Assembly (NCBI GenBank): GCA_046583355.1
Contig: JAYGCM010000084.1
Span: forward strand, 1-24,911
Origin: Deltaproteobacteria bacterium
Lineage (GTDB): Bacteria; Desulfobacterota; Binatia; UBA12015
DNA length: 24,911 bases
Direction: 5' to 3'
Below the pieces are notes generated by a model that saw nothing but the letters and a program-made list of their open reading frames with translations, had not been told where the DNA came from and searched no databases. Position 1 is the stretch's first letter. Each line of letters begins with the position of its first letter. Below, piece by piece: positions 1 to 8,732 of this stretch. The translations under genes were made by a program, and so were the position numbers.

Positions 1-17
1 CCCCCCCCCCCCCCCCC
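1..17. repeat. poly-C homopolymer (17 nt) at the window edge
   Basis: Positions 1-17 are all C (poly-G on the minus strand), ending 4 nt beyond the thioesterase stop codon. May be a sequence-end artefact. Confidence 0.8.
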
Positions 18-21
18 GCCT

Positions 22-492
22 CTACGATTTGGCTTTGCGACGGATGGTGTAGGCCAAGGTGCCGGTGGCGGCCATTCGGCCGTCGGCGTCGCGGACCTCC
101 GCGCGAGCAAAAACCACCGAGCGGCCGCGTTTGGTCACCCAACCTTCGGCGTACATATCTTTTTGAATGACGGCGCCCATATATTGGATCTGCATATCGA
201 TCGTCAGCAGGTCGGGGCGGTCTTCGTAGGCTGAGCCGATGGCCGGGACTACGACGGTATCGATCAGGCTCGCGATCACGCCACCATGCACGACACCGGC
301 GGGTTGGTTGAACTCCTCGCGGTAGGGAAGCTTGAGGCGCGCATAATCCTCGCGCAGCTCTTCGAGCTCCATGCCGAGGTGGCTCGGGAAGACGGCCATC
401 TTGAAGTTGGGAAATTTCGCCCACCATTTTTTTCGCTCCTCGGGGAGCTCGGAGAAACGGTCACGGTTCGGCGCCAGAAGAGAAAGATCCAT
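22..492 (-). CDS. PaaI family (hotdog-fold) thioesterase
   Basis: 156 aa. Hotdog/PaaI motif NQPAGVVHGGVIASLID, followed by TIDMQIQY and the C-terminal strands GRSVVFARAEVRD...MAATGTLAY. Confidence 0.9.
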   Translation of the reverse strand: MDLSLLAPNRDRFSELPEERKKWWAKFPNFKMAVFPSHLGMELEELREDYARLKLPYREEFNQPAGVVHGGVIASLIDTVVVPAIGSAYEDRPDLLTIDMQIQYMGAVIQKDMYAEGWVTKRGRSVVFARAEVRDADGRMAATGTLAYTIRRKAKS

Positions 493-523
493 GCACCTTC
501 CCTAAAGGACGCCACGCGACGAT

Positions 524-1957
524 TCACCAACGCGGCGGGCGCTTGTCGGCCCAGGGGAGGACCTGCTCCAATTCGGCGGCGACCGAAAGAAGAATATCTT
601 CACGGCCGAAGGGGCCGACAATATGGCTGCCGATGGGAAGACCGGCCTCGGTCCAATGCAAGGGCACCGAGATACCGGGCTGCCCGGTCAGGTTGAACGA
701 GCTTGTATAGACCCCGTAAGGCGCCGCCGCGGCAAAGCCCGCAAAGGGCTTCTCGCGCGTCGCCTGGAAGTGGCCGTGGGCGGGCGGCGGGGCGGCACAA
801 CAGGGCGTGACGAGAAGGTCGAAGCCTTCGTCCCACCAGGCCGCCACCGCACGCACGAAGGCATTCATCTGGTCAATCGAAGCCAGATATTGCGTCGCGC
901 TGCGCTTGCGCCCGGATTCCGCAAGCGCCCAGGTCAGCGGCTCGACATCGTCTTCGGTGAGGGCGCGCCCCAATTTCTCGCCCCAGCCATCGAGGGCGCG
1001 ACCGATCCCGGCCGCCACAATTTCCACATAGGCGCCGATTCCCTTGGGGTCGTCCAGAGCGGGCGGATAGGCGACCTCCACCGTATGGCCGAGGTCAGCA
1101 AGCGCGCGGGCGCAGACCTCCGCTGCGGGTACCACGGCCGGATCTACCGGCGTGTCGCGTGGCGCATTGGTCATCACGCCGACGCGCAGCCGACGGCCCG
1201 GTTCGAGACTCGCAGAAAAACTCTGCGGCGGAAGCGGCGCGGCGCTGGGGTCGCCCGGCATCGCGCCGGAGACGATATCGAGCAAGGCTGCGGTATCGCG
1301 CACCGAGCGGGTCACAAATCCCTCACAGGAAAACCCGCCCCAACGCTCGCCGGCAAAGGGGCCGAAGGAAGAGCGTGCGCGCGTCGGCTTGAGGCCGACC
1401 AGCCCGCAATGGCTGGCCGGGATGCGAATCGAGCCGCCGCCATCACTGGCATGCCCGGCGGCAACGATGCCGGCGGCTACGGCCGATGCCGAACCACCGC
1501 TTGACCCGCCCGCCGAATAGCCACGCTTCCACGGATTATGCGTCGGCCCCCAGGCATCGGGCTCGGTGGCCGGATAGAGGCCCAGCTCCGGCGAGTTGGT
1601 ACGGCCAAGAAAGCATACGCCGGCCTGGCGCAGCCGCGCGGCGAAATGCGATTCCTCCGGATCGCGCCAGCCGGCTTCCTTCAACACCCGCATCCCGCTG
1701 CTCGAAGGCATCCCCGCGAGCTGCGCGCCGAGGTCTTTGAGAAGGAGGGGGACACCGCGCAAGGGCCCCTCGGGAAGTTCTCCGCGGGCTTGCGTGCGCG
1801 CTTCTTCATAGAAGGGCAGGACGATCGCGTTCAGCTCCGGGTTGCGCTCCTCGGCACGCGCAATGGCCGCATCGACCAGCTCAAGCGGCGTGACCTCGCC
1901 CTCTCGTACCAACTCCGCCTGCGCCACCAAATCGAGAAATTCCAGCTCATTCGCCAT
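524..1957 (-). CDS. amidase signature family protein (amidase 1)
   Basis: 477 aa. Ser-cisSer-Lys triad motifs [17 protein letters not shown] and [23 protein letters not shown]; also GRTNSPELG and C-terminal FNLTGQPGISVP...GLPIG. Confidence 0.93.
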   Translation of the reverse strand: MANELEFLDLVAQAELVREGEVTPLELVDAAIARAEERNPELNAIVLPFYEEARTQARGELPEGPLRGVPLLLKDLGAQLAGMPSSSGMRVLKEAGWRDPEESHFAARLRQAGVCFLGRTNSPELGLYPATEPDAWGPTHNPWKRGYSAGGSSGGSASAVAAGIVAAGHASDGGGSIRIPASHCGLVGLKPTRARSSFGPFAGERWGGFSCEGFVTRSVRDTAALLDIVSGAMPGDPSAAPLPPQSFSASLEPGRRLRVGVMTNAPRDTPVDPAVVPAAEVCARALADLGHTVEVAYPPALDDPKGIGAYVEIVAAGIGRALDGWGEKLGRALTEDDVEPLTWALAESGRKRSATQYLASIDQMNAFVRAVAAWWDEGFDLLVTPCCAAPPPAHGHFQATREKPFAGFAAAAPYGVYTSSFNLTGQPGISVPLHWTEAGLPIGSHIVGPFGREDILLSVAAELEQVLPWADKRPPRW

Positions 1958-2028
1958 AGGGTTTGACCCATAGCGCAGCCGCCCGCCGGATAAAACGCCG
2001 ACCGGCCGACAAATACCGGATTTCCCGC

Positions 2029-2057
2029 TTGCCCAAAACTGCCACTGCCGCTAGTTT
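2029..2057 (+). promoter_or_regulatory. candidate sigma70-type promoter for the 2130 gene
   Basis: TTGCCC (2029-2034), 17-nt spacer, TAGTTT (2052-2057), in the AT-richer divergent intergenic region. Confidence 0.45.
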
Positions 2058-2129
2058 GGAAGAAGTATAAACAGGTAGCATTCAACTTCCGGTCGCTGGC
2101 CCCCACGCCCGGTCCAAGGGAACGAACTC

Positions 2130-2816
2130 ATGCCCAAGCATGATGACCACCCACATTCACAGCCTCTGCTTCGACGATTTAATTTCATCGGAGTGATCGG
2201 CGCGCTTCTATTGCTGCTCCTGGCCGGATCCGCACACGCCCAAGCTGTGTCCGGGACGATCGTCATCGACCCCGTCCCCGAAGGTGCGACGAAAAGCGAT
2301 ACGGTAACCTTCAAGTTGACCCGCAAGCTGCATATCGGCGATACGGTGCAGGTTCTGCCCAACGTCGCCCTGGCCGGAACCCATACCTGCACCTTCAACC
2401 CGGATGTGGTCGAGAACGCGGCAACCGATGGCCACCACGTCTTCTACGCCCGCTTCAACCGCGGGTCTAAACTCGGCTCGGTCTTCCGCGGGCGCCTGAC
2501 AGCCGGCGTCGGCACCCTGCTCTTCGGCGCCGGTTGTGACGGCGACCCGGCCACTCTCGATGCCTTCCAAGGCGATGAAACTGCCTACCTTGCCGAGCTG
2601 CCGGTCTACGTCAACCAAATATTATTGGCGACTGAGTTCCATCCCGATGGCGCCACCGTGCTCGACGAGATCCGCGCGCATTTTGTTATCAAAGAAGAGC
2701 GCACCCTCAAGATTCCGCGCATCGCCGAGTTCCATGGTTTCGAGATGCTCAACCGCGGCGGCAGCGCCGCGGGGCGTGCGAGCGTGCGCATCAAATTGGT
2801 CTTCAAGCCGGCTTGA
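2130..2816 (+). CDS. secreted hypothetical protein (signal peptide, beta-strand-rich)
   Basis: 228 aa. N-terminal hydrophobic stretch FIGVIGALLLLLLAG ending in AHA/QA (signal peptidase I pattern); purine-rich AAGGGAA upstream; GC3-biased codons. No family recognised. Confidence 0.75.
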   Translation: MPKHDDHPHSQPLLRRFNFIGVIGALLLLLLAGSAHAQAVSGTIVIDPVPEGATKSDTVTFKLTRKLHIGDTVQVLPNVALAGTHTCTFNPDVVENAATDGHHVFYARFNRGSKLGSVFRGRLTAGVGTLLFGAGCDGDPATLDAFQGDETAYLAELPVYVNQILLATEFHPDGATVLDEIRAHFVIKEERTLKIPRIAEFHGFEMLNRGGSAAGRASVRIKLVFKPA

Positions 2817-3558
2817 TCGGCGGCGGCGGCGCTGCGGCACCGTCCGCCAATTCACGCGCGGCCTGTGCAATCAACCCGTTGATCTGCTGGCGCGTCTCGT
2901 CTCTCAGCTGGTTGCGGCTCTTGGCACCGCTTTCGCCAGTGGCGATTCTCTCGCCGAAAACCAGGCGGATCGTGCCGCGCTCGATCCGCAAAGACCCCTT
3001 CGGCGTAACCGCTTCACTACCGGCGATTCCGACCGGAAAAATCGGCCAGCCCTGTGTCTGCGCGAGATGAAAACCGCCGCTTTTGAAGGCGCGCATCTCG
3101 TCGGTCCCGCTGCGCGTACCCTCGGGAAAGATGAGAATCTTGGTGGCTCCTTGAATATGGCGCGCGGCTTCCTCCATCATATGAATCGCCTGAGCACGCT
3201 TGCTGCGGTCGATGACGATCTGGCCGGAGAGAGCCAGCACCCAGCCGAAGATCGGGATATAGGTCAATTCTTTTTTCGCCACGAAGCGAAAGGAGGTCGG
3301 CAACGCAACCACCAGCGCGACGATATCGAAGGCACTACGATGGTTCGACATCAGGACCCCCGGACGCTCGAGATCGAGATTCTCCAGCCCTACGGTCTCG
3401 ACCCGGATACCGATAGCGCGCAGAATCCAGCGCGCCCACACCCGCGCCAAGCGCACCCCGGGCTCGCCGCTTCGGTCGATCAGGCTCCAAACCAGCAAGG
3501 GCGACAGGCAGACGACCGTTATCACGACGATCGCCAGATAACGTAGAACGTAGACCAC
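2803..3558 (-). CDS. plsC: 1-acyl-sn-glycerol-3-phosphate acyltransferase (lysophospholipid acyltransferase family)
   Basis: 251 aa, GTG start. Catalytic HxxxxD in SNHRSAFD, plus FVAKKEL, IDRS and FPEGTRS motifs; N-terminal membrane helix. Confidence 0.9.
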   Translation of the reverse strand: MVYVLRYLAIVVITVVCLSPLLVWSLIDRSGEPGVRLARVWARWILRAIGIRVETVGLENLDLERPGVLMSNHRSAFDIVALVVALPTSFRFVAKKELTYIPIFGWVLALSGQIVIDRSKRAQAIHMMEEAARHIQGATKILIFPEGTRSGTDEMRAFKSGGFHLAQTQGWPIFPVGIAGSEAVTPKGSLRIERGTIRLVFGERIATGESGAKSRNQLRDETRQQINGLIAQAARELADGAAAPPPPIKPA

Positions 3559-3564
3559 GCTCGC

Positions 3565-3592
3565 AGGCTAGAGATCTCAGCGAAAAGTACAA
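3565..3592 (-). promoter_or_regulatory. candidate promoter for leaderless plsC
   Basis: Minus strand: TTGTAC (3592-3587), 16 nt, TAGCCT (3570-3565), 6 nt, then the GTG start at 3558. No Shine-Dalgarno. Confidence 0.5.
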
Positions 3593-3681
3593 TCCCCGTC
3601 AGGCCGCCCATCGCCGGGGGCGAACCCTCCTGAAGGAGCTTCGGATTGCAAAGCGGTTGATGCGAAGGCAACCAAGTCGGC

Positions 3682-4455
3682 ATGGCGCGCTCGACTCCCG
3701 CAACCCAGGTCCTCGATACCGCGCCGGGGTTCTTCGGCGATATCTTTGTCATCGGGCGCGGCACGCGGCGAGCGATGCGCTTCGCCGCTGCCGATGGTGT
3801 CGACCAGAGCGCCGTCGACCTCGACCGCCCGGAGCGCCCGGTGCCAGCCTACCTGCGCGCCGCCGCACTCGGCCTCACGCTGGCCGGACGCCGCCGCCGA
3901 GCCTTGGTGGTGGGTCTCGGCGGCGGCGGCTTTATCCGCTTCCTGCGCCGCCGCTACCCGCGCCTGGTGATCGATGTGGTCGAACTCGACCCCAATGTGG
4001 TCATGCTCGCACGACGCCATTTCCGCTTCCGCGAAGGCCGGCATATTGTTCTGCATGAAACCGACGCCATTTTGCACCTCAGCGAGACTCGCGAAGAATA
4101 CGATTTCATCTTGCTCGATGCCTACGACGGCCCGACACTCGCGCCGCGCCTCGCCAGCAGAGACTTCTTTGCGCTCAGCCGTGCGCGGTTGGCCGCGGGG
4201 GGCATCTGCGTCGCCAACGTATCGATGCGCTCACGGCGCGAGGAGGGAAAAATCGCGCGGAACTTCGAGCGCGCCTTCGCACCACGCAGCTTTGAGCTGT
4301 ACATGCCGCGCGATTGGAATCGGCTCTTCTTCGGTGGCGACCAGCCGCTACCCGACGAGCCGGCGCTGCGACGCCATAGCCGGCAACTCGATGGCAAGCG
4401 GCATCTCGCCTTTCCGCTGATGCCCTTTTTGCGCAACTACCGCCGCCTGCGCTGA
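3682..4455 (+). CDS. spermidine-synthase-like class I SAM-dependent methyltransferase
   Basis: 257 aa. QSAVDL...Y motif, motif I ALVVGLGGG, IDVVELDP, YDFILLDAY and GGICVAN. Confidence 0.85.
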   Translation: MARSTPATQVLDTAPGFFGDIFVIGRGTRRAMRFAAADGVDQSAVDLDRPERPVPAYLRAAALGLTLAGRRRRALVVGLGGGGFIRFLRRRYPRLVIDVVELDPNVVMLARRHFRFREGRHIVLHETDAILHLSETREEYDFILLDAYDGPTLAPRLASRDFFALSRARLAAGGICVANVSMRSRREEGKIARNFERAFAPRSFELYMPRDWNRLFFGGDQPLPDEPALRRHSRQLDGKRHLAFPLMPFLRNYRRLR

Positions 4456-4486
4456 GGCCGGCGAGACGCATCGCGAGGACCTCGGT

Positions 4487-5173
4487 TCAGCGCGGGCCGT
4501 ATTGCGCGCGGTAGGCCAGCAGGCGTTTGTGGATGGCATCGTCCAGCACCACCCGACCGTCGACCTCGCGGCCGTGCAGGTGAACGATGATCTCCTCGAT
4601 CGTCACGATCGCGAAGGTCGGCATCTTCCAGGTCTCGGCGATCTCGACCAGGGCAGCGCGATCGCCGGAGCCCCGCTCCATCCGATCCACCGAAACCACC
4701 AGGCCCGCCAACCGCATATCGGCTGCCGCACGCAGCACCGGCACCGTCTCGCGGATGGAGGTCCCCGCCGTGGTCACATCTTCGATGATGACGACGCGGT
4801 CGCCATCGCGCGGCACCGCACCGACCAGCGAACCGCCCTCGCCATGGTCTTTGGCCTCCTTGCGGTTGAAGCAGAAGCCGACGTCATGGCCGTGGTCGCG
4901 GACCAAGGTCATGGCGGTCGCGGCAGCCAGCGGAATTCCCTTGTAGGCCGGTCCGAAGAGAATATCGAAATCGCTGCCCAGCCGGTCGCGGATGGCGCGG
5001 GCGTAGAACCCCGACAAGCGGTTCAACTGGCTGCCCGTGCGGTAGAGCCCGGTATTGATGAAATACGGGGTCTGGCGGCCGCTTTTGGTGACAAAGTCCC
5101 CGAAACTCAGAACCTCGGAGCGCACCATGAACTCGATGAACTCGCTTTTATACGGTGAAATTTCGCCTGCCAT
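4487..5173 (-). CDS. pyrE: orotate phosphoribosyltransferase
   Basis: 228 aa. FGDFVTKSGRQTPYF, LFGPAYKGIPL, FNRKEAKDHGEGG, PRPP-binding VVIIEDVTTAGTS and VSVDRME. Confidence 0.97.
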   Translation of the reverse strand: MAGEISPYKSEFIEFMVRSEVLSFGDFVTKSGRQTPYFINTGLYRTGSQLNRLSGFYARAIRDRLGSDFDILFGPAYKGIPLAAATAMTLVRDHGHDVGFCFNRKEAKDHGEGGSLVGAVPRDGDRVVIIEDVTTAGTSIRETVPVLRAAADMRLAGLVVSVDRMERGSGDRAALVEIAETWKMPTFAIVTIEEIIVHLHGREVDGRVVLDDAIHKRLLAYRAQYGPR

Positions 5174-5370
5174 GCGCTGCTTCTACTCACCCTCCGGCGC
5201 GAATGCACAGCAGCTGCCGCCCGCTCGACCGACTCCTCGACCATTCAGCCACGCCCCAAGCCCGTGCTCCGACGCTATATTGCGGCTACCCATGCGCAGC
5301 CGCTAGAGACTCCCGGACGCCACCAGCCCTTCGCGGGTGGTCCAGAACAGCCCCACCCAGGGAGAATCGC

Positions 5371-6252
5371 ATGTCCGAGAACAACGGCTTCCATCAATTC
5401 ACAGGCACCGAAGGCTATATCGCCTCCGGCCCGCTGGTCGACGCAGTCAATTGCGCCATCGCGCTGGAGCGCCCGCTGCTCATCAAGGGCGAGCCCGGCA
5501 CCGGCAAGACAATGCTCGCGCGCCATGTCGCCGAGGGCCTCAGCATGCCGCTGCTGGAATGGCATATCAAATCGACCAGCAAGGCGATGGACGGCCTCTA
5601 TATCTACGACACCGTGCAGCGTCTCAACGACAGCCGCTTCGGTGGCAGCGATGTCTCGGATATCCGCCACTACATCAAATACGGTCCGCTCGGGCAGGCG
5701 TTCGCCGCCGAGGAGCGCCATGTCGTGCTGGTCGATGAAATCGACAAAGCCGACCTCGAGTTCCCCAACGACCTCCTGCGCGAGCTCGACGAGATGCGCT
5801 TCACAGTGAACGAGACCAGCGAGGAGGTCGTGGCAAAGAAGCGCCCCCTCGTGCTCATCACCTCGAATAACGAAAAAGAATTGCCCGACGCCTTCCTGCG
5901 CCGCTGCGTCTTCCATTTCATCGAGTTCCCCGAGCCGCCGCTGATGCGCCAGATCGTCGACGTCCATCACGCCCACCTCGATGCAAAACTCCTCGACCAG
6001 ATCCTGGTGAAGTTCTACTGGCTGCGCGAGCAGAACGAGTTGCGTAAAAAACCGTCTACCTCAGAGCTGATCGACTGGATCAGCGCGCTGCTGCGCTCGG
6101 GCATGTCGGTCGACAAGATCGAATCTCATATCCCCTTCCTCGGCGCCCTGCTGAAGAAGGAGCAGGATATCGGAGCGCTCGAGAAATACGGCAAAGACGG
6201 GGGCAAATTCCCGAGTGATTGGAGCGAATTGGGACCGCGCTACCAACAATAG
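5371..6252 (+). CDS. MoxR family AAA+ ATPase
   Basis: 293 aa from ATG 5371 (GGAG RBS upstream; the track's 5155 start overlaps pyrE). Walker A GEPGTGKT, Walker B VVLVDEIDKAD, ITSNNEKELPDAFLRRC, KKPSTSELIDW. Confidence 0.93.
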   Translation: MSENNGFHQFTGTEGYIASGPLVDAVNCAIALERPLLIKGEPGTGKTMLARHVAEGLSMPLLEWHIKSTSKAMDGLYIYDTVQRLNDSRFGGSDVSDIRHYIKYGPLGQAFAAEERHVVLVDEIDKADLEFPNDLLRELDEMRFTVNETSEEVVAKKRPLVLITSNNEKELPDAFLRRCVFHFIEFPEPPLMRQIVDVHHAHLDAKLLDQILVKFYWLREQNELRKKPSTSELIDWISALLRSGMSVDKIESHIPFLGALLKKEQDIGALEKYGKDGGKFPSDWSELGPRYQQ

Positions 6253-6266
6253 GTCCGAGCCGAAAA

Positions 6267-7454
6267 ATGTTCCTCGATTTCTTCTATGGCCTTCGCAACG
6301 AGGGCGTTCCGGTCTCGTTGCAGGAATGGCGCGCGCTCCTCCAAGCGCTGGAACTCGGCCTGCATGGCTCGAGCCTGCAGCGCTTCTACCACCTCAGCCG
6401 CGCCTGCCTGGTCAAAAGCGAAACACAATTTGACGCGTTTGATCGCGTCTTTCTGAAGGTATTCCGCGGCGTCGAGGGCAAGCTCGACGCCATCACCGAA
6501 GACCTGCTCAAATGGCTTGAAGACCCCAAAGACCTGCCCGAACTCACCGCCGAGCAGCTCGCCGAATTGGAACGTCTGTCAAGCGACGATCTCATGCAGA
6601 AATTCATGGAGCGTCTCGAAGAGCAGACCGAGAGGCACGACGGCGGCAATAAATGGGTCGGCACCGGCGGTCGCTCGCCCTTCGGCCACGGCGGCACCCA
6701 CCCGACCGGCATTCGGGTCGGCGGCCCGGGCAAATCACGCTCGGCGATGAAGGTTGCCGAAGAACGCCGCTTTGCCGACTACCGCACCGACCGAACGATG
6801 GATATCCGCCAGCTGCGCATGGCATTGCGGCGCATGCGCCAGCTCACGCGCCGCGGCGCCGAGACCGAACTCGCGCTCGACGAGACGATCGACGAGACCT
6901 GCAAGAATGCCGGCGAAATCGAGCTGGTCTTCCGCGCCCCGCGCAAAAACGATATCCGCCTGCTTCTGCTGATGGATGTAGGCGGCACGATGGACCCTTT
7001 CTTCGAGCCGGTGAGCCAATTGCTGACCGCCCTGCACGAAGAGCGGGGCCTGCGCGAATTCCAGGCCTATTATTTCCATAATTGCGTCTACGACCAAGTC
7101 TACAAAGGCGCGCGCATGACACGCGAGCAAGCCGTGCCGACCTCGGATGTCCTGCGGCGGCTCGATGACCGCTGGAAGGTGATGGTCGTCGGCGACGCCG
7201 GCATGCACCCGGCCGAACTCTTCGAGCCCAATGGATCGATTGACCCGTGGCGCGCCTCCGCGACACCCGGCATCGAGTGGTTGCAGCGGATTCAAAACCA
7301 TTTCGACCGCTCGGTTTGGATCAACCCCGAAGAGTCCCGCTACTGGGATAATTACCACACCACCCGCAGCGTGCGGCAGCTCTTCCCGATGTTCCACCTC
7401 TCGATCGACGGCATGGCCGACGCCGTCCGTTCGCTCGTCGGCTCACGCCAATAA
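6267..7454 (+). CDS. VWA domain-containing protein (CoxE-like / COG3825-type), partner of the MoxR ATPase
   Basis: 395 aa from ATG 6267 (MFLDFF...), 14 nt after the ATPase stop. Motifs HDGGNKWVGTGGRSPFGHGG, MIDAS-like LLLMDVGGTMD, YYFHNCVY, VVGDAGMHP and VWINP. Confidence 0.9.
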   Translation: MFLDFFYGLRNEGVPVSLQEWRALLQALELGLHGSSLQRFYHLSRACLVKSETQFDAFDRVFLKVFRGVEGKLDAITEDLLKWLEDPKDLPELTAEQLAELERLSSDDLMQKFMERLEEQTERHDGGNKWVGTGGRSPFGHGGTHPTGIRVGGPGKSRSAMKVAEERRFADYRTDRTMDIRQLRMALRRMRQLTRRGAETELALDETIDETCKNAGEIELVFRAPRKNDIRLLLLMDVGGTMDPFFEPVSQLLTALHEERGLREFQAYYFHNCVYDQVYKGARMTREQAVPTSDVLRRLDDRWKVMVVGDAGMHPAELFEPNGSIDPWRASATPGIEWLQRIQNHFDRSVWINPEESRYWDNYHTTRSVRQLFPMFHLSIDGMADAVRSLVGSRQ

Positions 7455-8732
7455 CGCGACGAACGTCCGCACGGCTGCGGTGAGCTGGGCAAGTTCCGCT
7501 GAGTCGATAGTGTAGGGCGGCATCAGGTAGACGAGGCGGCCAAAGGGGCGGATCCACACACCAGCCTCGACGAAATGACGCTGCGCTGCACGGGCATCCA
7601 CCGGCTCTGCCAGCTCGACGACACCAATCGCGCCCAGGACGCGCACATCAGCCACTGCGGGGTGGTCGGCCAGCAGCAGAAGCGACGCGCGCATTTCTTT
7701 CTCGATACGTCCGACCCGCTGCTGCCACGGGCTCGCCAGCAGCAGATCAATGCTCGCGACGGCCGCCGCGCAGGCCAGCGGATTCGCCATGAAGGTCGGC
7801 CCGTGCATGAGTTCGGGGTAGGGACCGCGCGAGATGCCATGAGCTACGCGGCTGGTCGCCAGCGTTGCGGCCAACGTCAGCGTACCCCCGGTCAGCGCCT
7901 TGCCGATGCACAAAATATCCGGCACCACGCCGGCATGCTCCAGCGCAAAAAGGCGGCCGGTGCGGCCGAAGCCCGTCGCGATCTCATCAAAAATCAGCAA
8001 AACATCGTGCTGATCGCAGAGCTCGCGCAGCCCACGCAGGTAGGAGGGGTGGTAGAACCACATTCCACCCGCACCCTGGACAATCGGCTCCAGAATCACC
8101 GCCGCGGTGTCCTTGGCGTGGTCGCGCAGCAGGATCTCGATTGCTGCAAGATCCTGCGGATCCCAGGGCGCGTCGATGCGGCAGGCCGGACGGGGCGCGA
8201 AGAGATGCTCGGCAAGCGCCCCCGCAAAGAGACCATGCATGCCCGTATGCGGGTCGCAGACGGCCATCGTGGCGAAGGTATCGCCGTGGTAGCCGCCCCG
8301 CACTGTCAAGAGTCGCTTCTTGCGATCGTCGCCGGTACTGCGCCAGAATTGCAGCGCCATCTTGATGGCGACCTCAACCGCAACGCTGCCGGAGTCAGCG
8401 AAGAAAATATGCTGCAACTCGGGCGGCACCAGCGCGAGAAGACGGCGGCCGAGCGCGATGGCCGGCTCGTGCGTGATGCCGCCAAACATGATGTGCGACA
8501 TCTTCGCCTGCTGCGCACGCACCGCCGCATCGATCTCCGTCACGCCATAGCCGTGGATCGCGGCCCACCACGACGACATCCCGTCGATCAATTCGCGGCC
8601 GTCGGCGAGTTCCAACCGTACGCCGTGGGCGCCCGTGACCATCTGCGTCGGCAACGGATCGACCATGGAGGTATAGGGATGCCAGAGGTGGTCCCGGTCG
8701 AAGCGCAGATCCGCGTCCCGTTGCGCCTTCAT
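7443..8732 (-). CDS. bioA: adenosylmethionine-8-amino-7-oxononanoate aminotransferase (DAPA synthase)
   Basis: 429 aa. LWHPYTSM, DGMSSWWAAIHG, SGSVAVEVAIKMALQ, GYHGDT, EPIVQGAGGM, FDEIATGFGRTG, PLP lysine in CIGKALTGG, HGPTFMANPLAC and RPFGRLVYLMPPY. Confidence 0.96.
   Translation of the reverse strand: MKAQRDADLRFDRDHLWHPYTSMVDPLPTQMVTGAHGVRLELADGRELIDGMSSWWAAIHGYGVTEIDAAVRAQQAKMSHIMFGGITHEPAIALGRRLLALVPPELQHIFFADSGSVAVEVAIKMALQFWRSTGDDRKKRLLTVRGGYHGDTFATMAVCDPHTGMHGLFAGALAEHLFAPRPACRIDAPWDPQDLAAIEILLRDHAKDTAAVILEPIVQGAGGMWFYHPSYLRGLRELCDQHDVLLIFDEIATGFGRTGRLFALEHAGVVPDILCIGKALTGGTLTLAATLATSRVAHGISRGPYPELMHGPTFMANPLACAAAVASIDLLLASPWQQRVGRIEKEMRASLLLLADHPAVADVRVLGAIGVVELAEPVDARAAQRHFVEAGVWIRPFGRLVYLMPPYTIDSAELAQLTAAVRTFVALLA

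Noticed and set aside
1..17. Poly-C/poly-G tract as a phase-variation or G-quadruplex element
   Set aside because: It is at the extreme sequence edge and downstream of a stop codon. Poly-G ends are a known short-read artefact, and it cannot be assessed without reads.
3682..4455. Calling this gene speE or bioC
   Set aside because: It has the GLGGG methyltransferase-like motif rather than the GGGDG aminopropyltransferase signature, and shows no specific BioC features.
5224..5242. Direct repeat CTCGACC-N5-CTCGACC between the divergent pyrE and MoxR genes
   Set aside because: CTCGAC is very frequent in this sequence; two 7-mers are not enough to call an operator.
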